Below, piece by piece: positions 28,761 through 37,931 of a DNA stretch of 64,000 nt; positions within the stretch are counted from its first letter, which is position 1; each line of letters opens with the position of its first letter. The translations under genes and the position numbers were made by a program. The stretch is from Dehalococcoidia bacterium (lineage in GTDB: Bacteria; Chloroflexota; Dehalococcoidia; SHYB01), in contig CBDFJU010000003.1 of the NCBI GenBank assembly GCA_965248515.1, positions 79,254 through 143,253 on the forward strand, given 5' to 3'. The notes beneath the pieces are model-generated. The model saw only the letters and a list, made by a program, of their open reading frames with translations. It did no database searches and was not told where the DNA came from.

Positions 28761-29114
28761 GTGGAGGTCATCGGCACCCAGCGAGGCCTCAACCAGGACG
28801 AGAAGGTCCGCCTGCTCAAGGAGAAGCTCCGGTTCCTGCTGCGGAACCCGGACCACGTCTATCGCGTCAGCTCCAAGGAGGAGACCGAGGTCGGACGCGC
28901 CTACTCCGATGAGGCCGTCGACGTCGGGGAGGCCCTCTGCGCCCTGGGGCTCTGCACTCCCCGCCAGCGACGCGTTCTGGAGCTGTGGCTGGGTCCCAAG
29001 CGGCCGACCCAGGCCCAGGTCGCGCTACGACTCCGCGTGAGCGTCGTCACCGTCAAGCGAGACGCGAAGGAGGCCCTGGAGCGCATGGTGGCGCAGGTCT
29101 GGGACGAGGACTAG
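28761..29114 (+). CDS. sigma-70 region-4-only HTH protein (phage/ICE-type regulator)
   Basis: LTPRQRRVLELWL...TQAQVALRLRVSVVTVKRDAKEALERM region-4 signature without regions 2/3. Confidence 0.55.
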   Translation: MEVIGTQRGLNQDEKVRLLKEKLRFLLRNPDHVYRVSSKEETEVGRAYSDEAVDVGEALCALGLCTPRQRRVLELWLGPKRPTQAQVALRLRVSVVTVKRDAKEALERMVAQVWDED

Positions 29115-29117
29115 ACG

Positions 29118-31220
29118 TCAACCGGCCACCCGCACCGCCGCCGCCAGCCGCTGCCGCGACTCCGTCTCCGTGACGGTCGCGACGACGGCGGCCAGCGTCT
29201 CGCGGTAGGTTTCGACAAACGCGGGGTCGATCTCCCCCGCGTTCACGATTCCCCGGTAGCGCTCGGTGGCACGAGTGAGAGCCGACGCGAGCCATGCTTC
29301 GCCGCGGAGGTCGGCAAGGACGAGGAGGAAACGTGCGTCATTCTCCAGCGAGATCGGGAGCCCGGGCTGCGCCCGTAGTCTGGGCGCATCGAAGGCTAAG
29401 AACGCGAGCGCGTCCTCGACGGTCTCCTCGTGGCCCCGGTCATCGAAGGCGAGGGTCAGGCGCGCCGCAACATCGGGGTCGACGTTCACCAGCCGGTAGA
29501 TGGCGCGGGCCGGCGGCACTCGGATTGGGCTCGCCTCGCGGAGCGCGTCCACCGCCGCAGCCAGGTTGGAGCCGAAGAGGCGGGCCGCTTCGCCGGCGTG
29601 CTGCACCAGAAACGGCTCGAGGTGGAGCCCGGTGTCGACGAATACCCGCATGGCGTCGACAGACGATCTCGCCCCGATGGCGACGACCCGCTCGTAGACC
29701 GCATCGAGATACGCATTTTGGCGGAGCGGCCGGGCGGGCAGGCCTTTCAGGACCAGCGGCACGATCCGGGCGAGCCCGTCCGGGTCCCGGCCGTCCCCGA
29801 ACCCCAGGCGCGGGATGACCTCCTCCGGGTCGAGGAGTGCGCGCACCGTCGAGGCATCCCTCGTCACGACGAACCGCAAGTTCTCCTGTGATAGCCCGAG
29901 CAGCAGGTCGCTGGCCAACTCCCGGTCGATGCTGCCAACCACGTCGAGAACGAAATTGAGGTCGCGGAAGCCGCGCCTGTTCAGCCCTTGAATGAATGCC
30001 TCGAAGGAGGTTAGTGCGCTCGCCGGTTCGCGTTGCATTGCGGCGGCCAGGTCGAGGAGCTCGACGTGGAAGGGGTGGAGGGCTTCGCGCACCCGCCTCG
30101 CCACCCGTCGCTCCTCGGCCGTCTGTCCCTCGGCGATGAGTCCCGCAAGAGTCGGATGTTCGAGTGTGGACACGAAATCGAGCAGTGACTCCTCCCGCGC
30201 CAGCCGTTCCCTGGCGGCGTTGACCCGTTCGTCCTGAGGCAGGTCCCGCAGCTCGAGCACAAACTCGAAAGCCTGTGGGATGCGCCCGTCCTCGAGAGCG
30301 TTGGGATACGCGCCGAAGACGAACGCAGTGTCGCGGAGGTAGTCGCGCCAGAAGTGGAACTGGTTGGCTACGGGCTCGCCATCGATCTCCTTGAAGAACA
30401 GGTCGAACTGCTCGGCGAAGTCGCGGACCCGCTGTCGCTGCTCCCTGGCCGCGACGCGAGCCACGGCCTCGGGCAGCCGAGCCGATGGGTCGAGGTCGAC
30501 CTCGTACCCGTCCATGGGCACGCTCCCGATGCCGTAGACGGACGAGGCTACCCGGCGCTGGTCGTCGGGCAGCGAGCGGTACCAACGGACCGCCTCGTCC
30601 CACGACGCGAGATCGCCCGAGGCGAGGAACGGGCTGTAGTACTTCCGCAATATCGGTGGGACGAGGTTGAGGTTCCCTCCGGTGAGGGAGACGATGTCGG
30701 CCTCGCCCAGGTGGTACAGCCCTGGATAGTCGCCAACCGAAAGGTTCGGGATGCGCCGCAGCCGCTCCCGCAGAGGTTCGAAGCCATCGGGCGGCTGCTG
30801 CATGAACGTGTCGAGGTCTCGCCGCAGGGCCAGGAGCGCCGGCGACAGTCGCTCCCCCGACGGCACCGCCCACGAAAGCTCGGGTCTTCCGATCACGGGG
30901 AAGGGACCCCAGATCGAATGGGAGATCTCGTGGACGATCGATGCGGGCCGCGCCTGCCCGACGCCGATCCAATGCTCGAAGCCACGGCTTCCGAACCATC
31001 CCGGGCGGCCCAGGACGTGATGGACCCGCATCGCTCGCACCACGGCCTCGCCCTGGGGCGTGAGATTGTAAAGAGAAAGGACCGCTTCGACCCGCTCCCG
31101 GGCCCAGTCATCCCGCGGCGCCAGGGGCGGCTGGCCGTCGCGACCGGATCGGAGAGAGCCGCCGCACGAGGCCGCCACCAGGGTCAGCCCGAGGGCCAGA
31201 AGGACGACGCGGCGGGGCAT
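29118..31220 (-). CDS. large secreted lipoprotein of unknown function (HEISH motif)
   Basis: signal peptide with lipobox AASCGG; 700 aa; VHEISHSIW HExxH-like. Confidence 0.55.
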   Translation of the reverse strand: MPRRVVLLALGLTLVAASCGGSLRSGRDGQPPLAPRDDWARERVEAVLSLYNLTPQGEAVVRAMRVHHVLGRPGWFGSRGFEHWIGVGQARPASIVHEISHSIWGPFPVIGRPELSWAVPSGERLSPALLALRRDLDTFMQQPPDGFEPLRERLRRIPNLSVGDYPGLYHLGEADIVSLTGGNLNLVPPILRKYYSPFLASGDLASWDEAVRWYRSLPDDQRRVASSVYGIGSVPMDGYEVDLDPSARLPEAVARVAAREQRQRVRDFAEQFDLFFKEIDGEPVANQFHFWRDYLRDTAFVFGAYPNALEDGRIPQAFEFVLELRDLPQDERVNAARERLAREESLLDFVSTLEHPTLAGLIAEGQTAEERRVARRVREALHPFHVELLDLAAAMQREPASALTSFEAFIQGLNRRGFRDLNFVLDVVGSIDRELASDLLLGLSQENLRFVVTRDASTVRALLDPEEVIPRLGFGDGRDPDGLARIVPLVLKGLPARPLRQNAYLDAVYERVVAIGARSSVDAMRVFVDTGLHLEPFLVQHAGEAARLFGSNLAAAVDALREASPIRVPPARAIYRLVNVDPDVAARLTLAFDDRGHEETVEDALAFLAFDAPRLRAQPGLPISLENDARFLLVLADLRGEAWLASALTRATERYRGIVNAGEIDPAFVETYRETLAAVVATVTETESRQRLAAAVRVAG

Positions 31221-31298
31221 GGATCGAGTATACGGTAAAACGAATCGAGGGGGCCCGGCTCGCCAGGCCCCCTCGATATCTTCACTTCTTAATGGGTG

Positions 31299-33224
31299 TT
31301 ACTTGCTGAGCGCGATGGTCGTGCCGTCGCTGTCGCCGTCCGGGTCATGGTTCGCCAAGGCGTCGTAGTCGCCCGAAACGCCGGTCACCACGAAGGACTT
31401 GCCGCTGCCGCCCTTGCTCGCCCACTGGCCGGAGTCCACCGTGCAGGCCCCCGTGCCATCCGTGGTGCAGCTATCCGTAGTCTCGACCGTCCCGTTCTGC
31501 ATGAAGTCGCCGGTGACGATGATCCCAGCCACGCCAGCGTGGCTGCCATTGTCTACGGTGATGACGACCTGCGAGCTCCAGTTCCCCTGGCTCAGCTTGG
31601 TGCTGCTCCCATCCAGGTCACCCACGTGGTTGCTCGGCGACACCGTGTTATCCACGGTGACGTTCACCGAGTCGTTCGCCGTCTGGCTGTTCGTGTCGGT
31701 CGCTGTCGCGCTCACCGTGTGGGCATCATCGGTCTCGCCAGTCGTATCCCAGGAAGCGGACCAACCGTCGCCGCCGTTCGTATCGGTGCCGATGCTGCCG
31801 CCGTCCACGAAGAACTCGACCTGGGTGACGCCGTTGTCGTCACTGGCATCGGCGGTGACGACAACGGTCCCGCCCACGGTGGAGTCATCGGACGGGTTGG
31901 TGATCGACACAGTTGGCGGATCGTCCACGTTGTCCACGGTCACGGAGATGCTGTCGCTACCGGTCTTGCCAACCGTATCGGTAGCCTCCGCGCTGACGGC
32001 GTGGCCGCCTTCGGAGGCCGTGGTCGTGACCCAGGAGGCCGACCAGCCGTCGACGCCGTTCGTGTCGACGCCTATGCTTCCGCCGTCCACGAAGAACTCG
32101 ACCTCCGTGACGCCGTTGTCATCGCTGGCGTCGGCGGTGACGACAACGGTCCCGCTCACGGTGGCGCCGTCGAGCGGACTGGTCACAGTCACCGATGGCG
32201 GCGTGTCGCCGGCCGACGTGGCAATCGTGACGTTGAAGTGGGCCAGCACGTTCTGAATCTTGTTGGCAAAGGTGGTCGTGGAGTTCCCGGCGAACAGCAG
32301 TCCCACAGGATTATTGAAGGTATCGACGATCAGTGATCCGTAGTCGCCTCCGGCGCTGAAGGCCCCGGACCCAATGGCAATCTGGTCGTCGAACCTCGCC
32401 AGCTTGTTTTTCTTGCAACGGAAAGGACCCTGGGATTGGTAGCAGATGTCGACGGTCACGTTGGTAGCGGTAACGCTGCCGGTCGTATGACCCGTCGTCC
32501 GGCCGCACTTTTGCACGCTCTGGCCGTTCGACGCGGCAACCGGCGTGCTCGTGGGGGTCCCGTAGCCAAGGTCGGCGGGCGTCGAAGCGGAGACTGGGAC
32601 CTCGGGGCTCGCGATCGCGGCATCAATAGCATTCGGGGCAGGCCAATTGAAATCGATGGGCTGGAAATCGAACAGCGAGGCGACCCTATCGGCGGGATCG
32701 GCGCCGCCATCCGCCGGACCAGGCTGGAGAGCGCTGTCGCCGATGGAGGCGCTGTTGACGTCGGCGAGGACGTGGTTGTTACTCATCATGAACTGGTTGC
32801 CCTGGCCGTCCTCGACCAACGCTCCATAGGTGCCCGCGGTGATCGACGGATGACCGATGGACGCGCAGAGGGTCGGCGGCCGGAGCCTGCTCTGGGGATC
32901 AGTAGCGCGGGCGACGATCATGCTGCCGACGACCTCGACCACGGGCACTCCGTTGAGGGTTGCGGGGGCGGCGCCCGCCGCGGTGGACCAGACGACGACC
33001 GCGGCCTGGCCGTTGGAAGTCGTGACGCCGGCGCCGTCGATGTTGGGATGCGCAAGCAGGCGGGCCTCGTTGCGCTCTTTGGCCGCAAGGGCCGCCGCGA
33101 AGCCGGGAGGCTCGTGGCTCCCACCCGTTCCGTGACTACCGGAGGCCGCCGCGGGCGCCGCCAGGCTCAACACGAGAGAGATGGCCAGCAGGCCGATGGT
33201 TACCAAACGCCGTTTACCGAACAT
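31299..33224 (-). CDS. secreted S1-like (alpha-lytic/streptogrisin-like) protease domain protein with two tandem Ig-like repeats
   Basis: signal peptide; N-terminal domain with His/Asp and GDYGS region; two ~97-aa repeats (PPSVTVTSPLDGATVSGTVVVTADASDDNGVTEVEFFVDGGSIG...). Confidence 0.55.
   Translation of the reverse strand: MFGKRRLVTIGLLAISLVLSLAAPAAASGSHGTGGSHEPPGFAAALAAKERNEARLLAHPNIDGAGVTTSNGQAAVVVWSTAAGAAPATLNGVPVVEVVGSMIVARATDPQSRLRPPTLCASIGHPSITAGTYGALVEDGQGNQFMMSNNHVLADVNSASIGDSALQPGPADGGADPADRVASLFDFQPIDFNWPAPNAIDAAIASPEVPVSASTPADLGYGTPTSTPVAASNGQSVQKCGRTTGHTTGSVTATNVTVDICYQSQGPFRCKKNKLARFDDQIAIGSGAFSAGGDYGSLIVDTFNNPVGLLFAGNSTTTFANKIQNVLAHFNVTIATSAGDTPPSVTVTSPLDGATVSGTVVVTADASDDNGVTEVEFFVDGGSIGVDTNGVDGWSASWVTTTASEGGHAVSAEATDTVGKTGSDSISVTVDNVDDPPTVSITNPSDDSTVGGTVVVTADASDDNGVTQVEFFVDGGSIGTDTNGGDGWSASWDTTGETDDAHTVSATATDTNSQTANDSVNVTVDNTVSPSNHVGDLDGSSTKLSQGNWSSQVVITVDNGSHAGVAGIIVTGDFMQNGTVETTDSCTTDGTGACTVDSGQWASKGGSGKSFVVTGVSGDYDALANHDPDGDSDGTTIALSK
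31700..32270. repeat. two ~290-bp tandem DNA repeats encoding Ig-like domains (approximate bounds)
   Basis: near-identical 80+ nt blocks at ~31790-31875 and ~32083-32166 read directly. Confidence 0.7.
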
Positions 33225-33386
33225 TATGCCCCCTGCACTGCAGCGAATTTGTGATCGGAGTCAATATTGAACCGTTTTTCGTTACGCCTGTGTTACGCCC
33301 GTTTCCCGGGCGCCAGATGAACATCTGACACCCACACGACGCCCACCGCAATCGCTCGAAAGGGTGATTTTTCACGGCCGAAAGGC

Positions 33387-34121
33387 CTAGTGCCCGACGG
33401 CGAGCCGGGCCGCGAGGTACTCGGGCAGACCTGCATAGCGAATCCGCTGCTGCGTCTCTTCGATGTCGTACGGCACCCGACGCGCGACGACGCTCCCCCG
33501 GTCTGTGTCGAACAGGGCGTATGAGGCCCGTGAATCGCCGTCACGGGGCTGCCCGACGCTTCCCGGGTTGACAATGAACCGCCCCTCGGTTAGATCGACC
33601 TCCTGCTCCTCGCCGAACCGATAGAGCCGCGCCTGCTGACCGCCCTCGGGCTCCCGGCAGTGGAACGGCAAATGGGAGTGGCCCACAAAACAAAAGGGGG
33701 TCGCAAAGCGCTCGAAGTTGGCCTCGGCGACCGGGGCGGACACCACGTATTCCCAGACGGGCTCCCGAGGGCTGCCGTGGGCCAGGGTGACTTCTTTCCA
33801 CGTGAGCTGCGAGGGGAGACTGTCGATGAAATCGCGCTCGTCCGCCGTGAGCATCTTGCCCGTCCACCGGTTGGCGGCGGCTGCGTAGGCATTGAAGTCC
33901 ACGATGCTCACGGCGCCCGTAGAGCCGAGGTCGTGGTTCCCGGCAAGCGTCAGGCTGCACCGCTCGCGGACAAGGGCGAGGCACTCTCGAGGCTGGGGCC
34001 CGTAGCCCACGGTATCGCCGAGGCACCAGAAATCCTCGGCGCCCGCGGCGTCGGCATCCGCCAAAACAGCCTCGAGCGCGGCCAGGTTGCTGTGGATATC
34101 CGACAGGACGGCGACCCGCAT
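33387..34121 (-). CDS. metallophosphoesterase (calcineurin-like, YfcE-type)
   Basis: MRVAVLSDIHSN...GDTVGYGP...GNHD motifs; start set at internal Met. Confidence 0.8.
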   Translation of the reverse strand: MRVAVLSDIHSNLAALEAVLADADAAGAEDFWCLGDTVGYGPQPRECLALVRERCSLTLAGNHDLGSTGAVSIVDFNAYAAAANRWTGKMLTADERDFIDSLPSQLTWKEVTLAHGSPREPVWEYVVSAPVAEANFERFATPFCFVGHSHLPFHCREPEGGQQARLYRFGEEQEVDLTEGRFIVNPGSVGQPRDGDSRASYALFDTDRGSVVARRVPYDIEETQQRIRYAGLPEYLAARLAVGH

Positions 34122-34190
34122 GCCGCCAGTGTAGCATGGGGCTTTCGAACCTTGTTCGGCGGCGGACCCTGAAGCTATAATCGAGGCGCT

Positions 34191-34679
34191 ATGCCCGCCT
34201 ACTGGGAACACATCACCAGCTCCCCCGAAGAGACCCAGCGAGTAGCCCGCGAGATCGGCGAGCGCTGCATCGGCGGCGAAGTGGTCCTGCTCGTGGGCGA
34301 GCTGGGCGCGGGCAAGACCTGCTTCACCCAGGGCCTGGCCCAAGGGCTCGGGGTCGACGACTACGTCCACAGCCCCACCTTCGTGATGGTGGGGCGGTAT
34401 GAAGGCAGGCGGACCATGTATCACGTCGACCTCTACCGGGTCGATTCCGTCGACGAAGCGCTAGAGCTGGGGGTCGAGGAGCTGCTGGCCGACGACACGG
34501 TCTGCGTCGTCGAGTGGGCGGATAGGGCGCCGGGCGCCTTCGGCAACGCTCACCTCCTCGTGGAGATCACCGACATGGGCGGCGACTCTCGAAAGCTCGC
34601 GTTTCACGCCGCCGGGCCCCATCACGAGTCGTTACTCCCCGCGACAGCGTCCGCTCTCCAATCCGGCGGGCTGGCCTAG
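34191..34679 (+). CDS. tsaE: tRNA t6A37 biosynthesis protein TsaE
   Basis: GELGAGKT P-loop, SPTF motif. Confidence 0.85.
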   Translation: MPAYWEHITSSPEETQRVAREIGERCIGGEVVLLVGELGAGKTCFTQGLAQGLGVDDYVHSPTFVMVGRYEGRRTMYHVDLYRVDSVDEALELGVEELLADDTVCVVEWADRAPGAFGNAHLLVEITDMGGDSRKLAFHAAGPHHESLLPATASALQSGGLA

Positions 34680-34682
34680 CGC

Positions 34683-35378
34683 TTGGAGCTGGCCATCGAC
34701 ACGTCGACCGCCACCGCAGGGGTCGCGCTCGGCCATCGCGGCAAGGTGCTCACCGAGATCACCTGGCGGGCCGGCTACAACCACACCGTCGAGTTGCATC
34801 CCACCGTCGAACACGTGATGGCGTTGAACGGGACCTCGATGGACTCGATCGAAGCCATCGTCGTCGCCATCGGGCCGGGCACGTTCAGCGGGCTCCGCGT
34901 GGGCGTGAGCGCCGCCAAAGGGTTCGCTATGGCCCTGGGTATCCCCATCGTGGCCGTGGGCACGTTGACCGTCGAGGTCTACCCCTTTGCGATGACTGGG
35001 CTTCCCGTCCGCCCCATCCTCGACGCCGGTCGGGGCGAGTTGGCGGTCGGCCACTTTCGGACCGAGGACGAACGCATCGTGGAACGGGAGCCCCCGACCA
35101 TCACCGACCTCGACGGGCTCTGCGCGTCCACGCACGAAACGACCGTCTTTTGTGGCGAGCACCTGCCCGAGGTAGCCGAGGAGCTCAAAACGCGGCTCGG
35201 CGAATTGGCCAGGATTCCGCCGACGTCGGCTCTGCTCCGCCGCTCCGGGCACCTGGTCGAGCTCGGGTGGCACAGGCTTGCGGCGGGCGACAGCGATGAC
35301 CTGGCGACCCTTCAGCCCGTGTACCTGAGGGCGCCCTCGATCACCAAGCCGCGGCCAGCGCGCGCGGCCCGCAGATAA
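34683..35378 (+). CDS. tsaB: tRNA t6A37 biosynthesis protein TsaB
   Basis: ELAIDTSTATAGVAL, GPGTFSGLRVGVS inactive Kae1 homologue motifs; TTG start. Confidence 0.85.
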   Translation: MELAIDTSTATAGVALGHRGKVLTEITWRAGYNHTVELHPTVEHVMALNGTSMDSIEAIVVAIGPGTFSGLRVGVSAAKGFAMALGIPIVAVGTLTVEVYPFAMTGLPVRPILDAGRGELAVGHFRTEDERIVEREPPTITDLDGLCASTHETTVFCGEHLPEVAEELKTRLGELARIPPTSALLRRSGHLVELGWHRLAAGDSDDLATLQPVYLRAPSITKPRPARAARR

Positions 35379-35398
35379 TATCAACCGGAGGCTAAGAA

Positions 35399-35857
35399 TT
35401 GGCTGAATCGCAAAGGACCCTGGTACTCCTCAAACCGGACGCCGTGCAGCGTGGCCTCGTGGGCCCGATCATTGGGCGCCTGGAAGGCATCGGCCTTCGG
35501 ATCGCCGGAATGAAACTGCTGCAGATGGACGACGCCCTGGCCCGACGCCACTACGCCGACCTCGCCGACAAGCCGTTCTTCGAAGGCCTGGTGGGCTTCA
35601 TCAGCTCCGCCCCCCTCGTCGCCATGGTCCTCGAGGGGCCCCGGGCGGTCGCGGTGGTGCGCAAGGCCATGGGCGAGACGGACCCCACCGACTCACCGAC
35701 TGGCAGCATCCGAGGCGATTTCGGCCTCACCATCGGCAGGAACCTGATCCACGGCTCGGATGCCCCGGAGTCGGCGGCCAGGGAAATCGACCTCTTCTTC
35801 CAGCCCGACGAGCTCCTTGGCTACACCCGCGACATCGATCGCTGGATTCTGGAGTAG
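35399..35857 (+). CDS. ndk: nucleoside-diphosphate kinase
   Basis: TLVLLKPDAVQRGL, NLIHGSD active-site His; TTG start with GGAGG RBS. Confidence 0.9.
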   Translation: MAESQRTLVLLKPDAVQRGLVGPIIGRLEGIGLRIAGMKLLQMDDALARRHYADLADKPFFEGLVGFISSAPLVAMVLEGPRAVAVVRKAMGETDPTDSPTGSIRGDFGLTIGRNLIHGSDAPESAAREIDLFFQPDELLGYTRDIDRWILE

Positions 35858-35867
35858 CCGCCGTCCC

Positions 35868-36998
35868 ATGCCCTCGAGACCTCCTGGCCCCGCGACCGAC
35901 GGCTCCGGCGTCGAGCTGGTGTGGAGGGGGAAACGACGCCCTGGACGGGCGCCATCGCGTCGGCTAGAGGCAGTCGATCCCGCCGGGCCGCCGCCGGGCT
36001 CCGACGACCCGTGGCGCAACAAGCTCATCCACGGCGATAACGCCGACGCGATGGCCGCCCTGGAGCGTTCCCTTGGAGGCTCTATCGATCTCATCTACGC
36101 CGACCCGCCCTTTGCCACCGGGGGCGACTTTCGCTACAACGGCCGCCAGGGCCGGAAGACGGGCGACCTTGCCTACGAGGACAGCTGGCCAGGCGGCATC
36201 GATTCATACCTCCAGATGCTCTACGAGCGCCTGTTGCCGATGCACCGCCTGCTTTCCGATCGCGGAAGCCTCTACCTCCACATCGACTGGCGGGCCGGTC
36301 ATTATGCGCGCCTCCTGCTGGACGAAATCTTCGGCAGCGGCGCCTTTCGGAATATGATCGCCTGGCACTACGGCGGCCGGGGAGCAAAGGCCGTCGCGGG
36401 TCAGTTTCCCCGCAACTACGATCTGATCCTCTACTACGCCAAGACCCCGGCTGCGCCCTTCTTCCGCCCCTACTCCATCGATCGCGTTACTGTGGATCAG
36501 GCCTCAAGAAAGGGTTTTCGTCGCGACGCGGAGGGCCGCTGGTTCAAGACCGCGCCGCGAGGGGACTACACCGATGAAAGCATCGCCCGGCTCGCAGCCG
36601 AGGGGCGCATCCACCACACGAGCACAGGCAAGGTCCGGGTCAAGTATTTCCTCGACGAAGAGAGCGGCCACGTGGTGGAGCGGCAGCCGATGGGAGACGT
36701 GTGGAACGACATCCCCGACATGATGCACGCGCCCGCCGCCGAGCGCACGGGGTTCCCCACCCAGAAGCCGGTGGCCCTGCTCACCCGCCTCGTCGAAGCC
36801 TCGACCAGCGACGGCGATCTGGTAGCGGATTTCTTCTGCGGCTCGGGGACCACGCTCGTCGCGGCGGAGAGGCTCGGCCGGCGCTGGATAGGCTGCGACT
36901 CAGGCGCTGCCGCGATCGAGGTTGTCCAGGAGCGGCTTGCCGCGATTCGAGGGCGCCGGCCCTTCGATCTGCTCCGTCCCGCGCAGGGTCTCGACTGA
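35868..36998 (+). CDS. DNA methyltransferase, N4/N6 (beta-class; DPPF motif IV before GSGTT motif I)
   Basis: IYADPPF and FFCGSGTT motifs; no adjacent restriction endonuclease. Confidence 0.75.
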   Translation: MPSRPPGPATDGSGVELVWRGKRRPGRAPSRRLEAVDPAGPPPGSDDPWRNKLIHGDNADAMAALERSLGGSIDLIYADPPFATGGDFRYNGRQGRKTGDLAYEDSWPGGIDSYLQMLYERLLPMHRLLSDRGSLYLHIDWRAGHYARLLLDEIFGSGAFRNMIAWHYGGRGAKAVAGQFPRNYDLILYYAKTPAAPFFRPYSIDRVTVDQASRKGFRRDAEGRWFKTAPRGDYTDESIARLAAEGRIHHTSTGKVRVKYFLDEESGHVVERQPMGDVWNDIPDMMHAPAAERTGFPTQKPVALLTRLVEASTSDGDLVADFFCGSGTTLVAAERLGRRWIGCDSGAAAIEVVQERLAAIRGRRPFDLLRPAQGLD

Positions 36999-37097
36999 AG
37001 GAAAACCCCTTCGGCGGGTCTGGGGATCGCCACCAATCGCGGTGGTTTTATCGCGTGGTAAACTGGGCTTAGGCACACCCGGAACGCAGGGCTCGCA

Positions 37098-37394
37098 ATG
37101 ACGCAAGACAGCGATTTCGTATTCGACGATCCGGAACATTTTGAAGAGGGCCTGATCCACCTGGCGGACATGCTAGAACTCGCCGACCCTCGCAGGGATG
37201 AGGCGAGGAAGAGCCAGGCCAAGGTCCTCAAGACGGGTATGACCGTGCCCGTGGGTGGGACCTACGAGGACTGGAAGACCTTCTGCGTGGAGATCGTGAC
37301 CCGGCTGAAAGCCACCAGGCCAAAGGTCGACGACGAGTTCGGCCAGGCCTGCATCGACGCGGCAATCGACCGCATCGAGCAGATCATCGAATAG
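37098..37394 (+). CDS. small acidic hypothetical protein
   Basis: 98 aa ORF, no family recognised. Confidence 0.4.
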   Translation: MTQDSDFVFDDPEHFEEGLIHLADMLELADPRRDEARKSQAKVLKTGMTVPVGGTYEDWKTFCVEIVTRLKATRPKVDDEFGQACIDAAIDRIEQIIE

Positions 37395-37805
37395 CTAGCG
37401 GTTCTTCCGCTTGCCGAACCACCGCCGGAACCGCTCCCGCAGGCCCTCGCGGTCTTCCTGAACGTCCATAGGACGGCCACGCCAGCTGCGATCGTACCCG
37501 GTCATCTGCTGAAACGTCGTCGTCCCGCGGAAGATCGATATCAGGTAGGCGACGAGCAGCGCTCCCACTCCGAGCACCGCGAGGTACGGCATCCGGGCGA
37601 TCAGGCCGCCGACAAGCACCATCGCGCCCAAGAGGCCGACCTTGCTCGGCGTGATCCACTGCAACACCCGAGAGATCTCGCCGGCGAACTGCTCCTTGAA
37701 CCGCTGCTGCGCGTCATTGAAATGCTGCCGCAGGGGCATGCGCGGCTGGAGGTCCCCAGCCTGGTCCATGATCTCTTCGATCTCACGTTCGAACTTGTCG
37801 GACAT
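37395..37805 (-). CDS. hypothetical membrane protein (2 TM)
   Basis: 136 aa; central hydrophobic hairpin. Confidence 0.45.
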   Translation of the reverse strand: MSDKFEREIEEIMDQAGDLQPRMPLRQHFNDAQQRFKEQFAGEISRVLQWITPSKVGLLGAMVLVGGLIARMPYLAVLGVGALLVAYLISIFRGTTTFQQMTGYDRSWRGRPMDVQEDREGLRERFRRWFGKRKNR

Positions 37806-37931
37806 GCCTCCTCCTCAACGTCGACGAAAACCTGGGCGTCGAAGCCCCCCTAGTCAACTCTCAGCAACGCTCGATGGGTAAACGACCCGATCCGCCTCCG
37901 GGTTTGCATCAGTTTCGACAACGCGCGTCCA

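Noticed and set aside
35399-35401. Apparent ATT start for ndk
   Set aside because: Re-counting shows the codon at 35399-35401 is TTG, with a GGAGG RBS 7 nt upstream; an ordinary alternative start.
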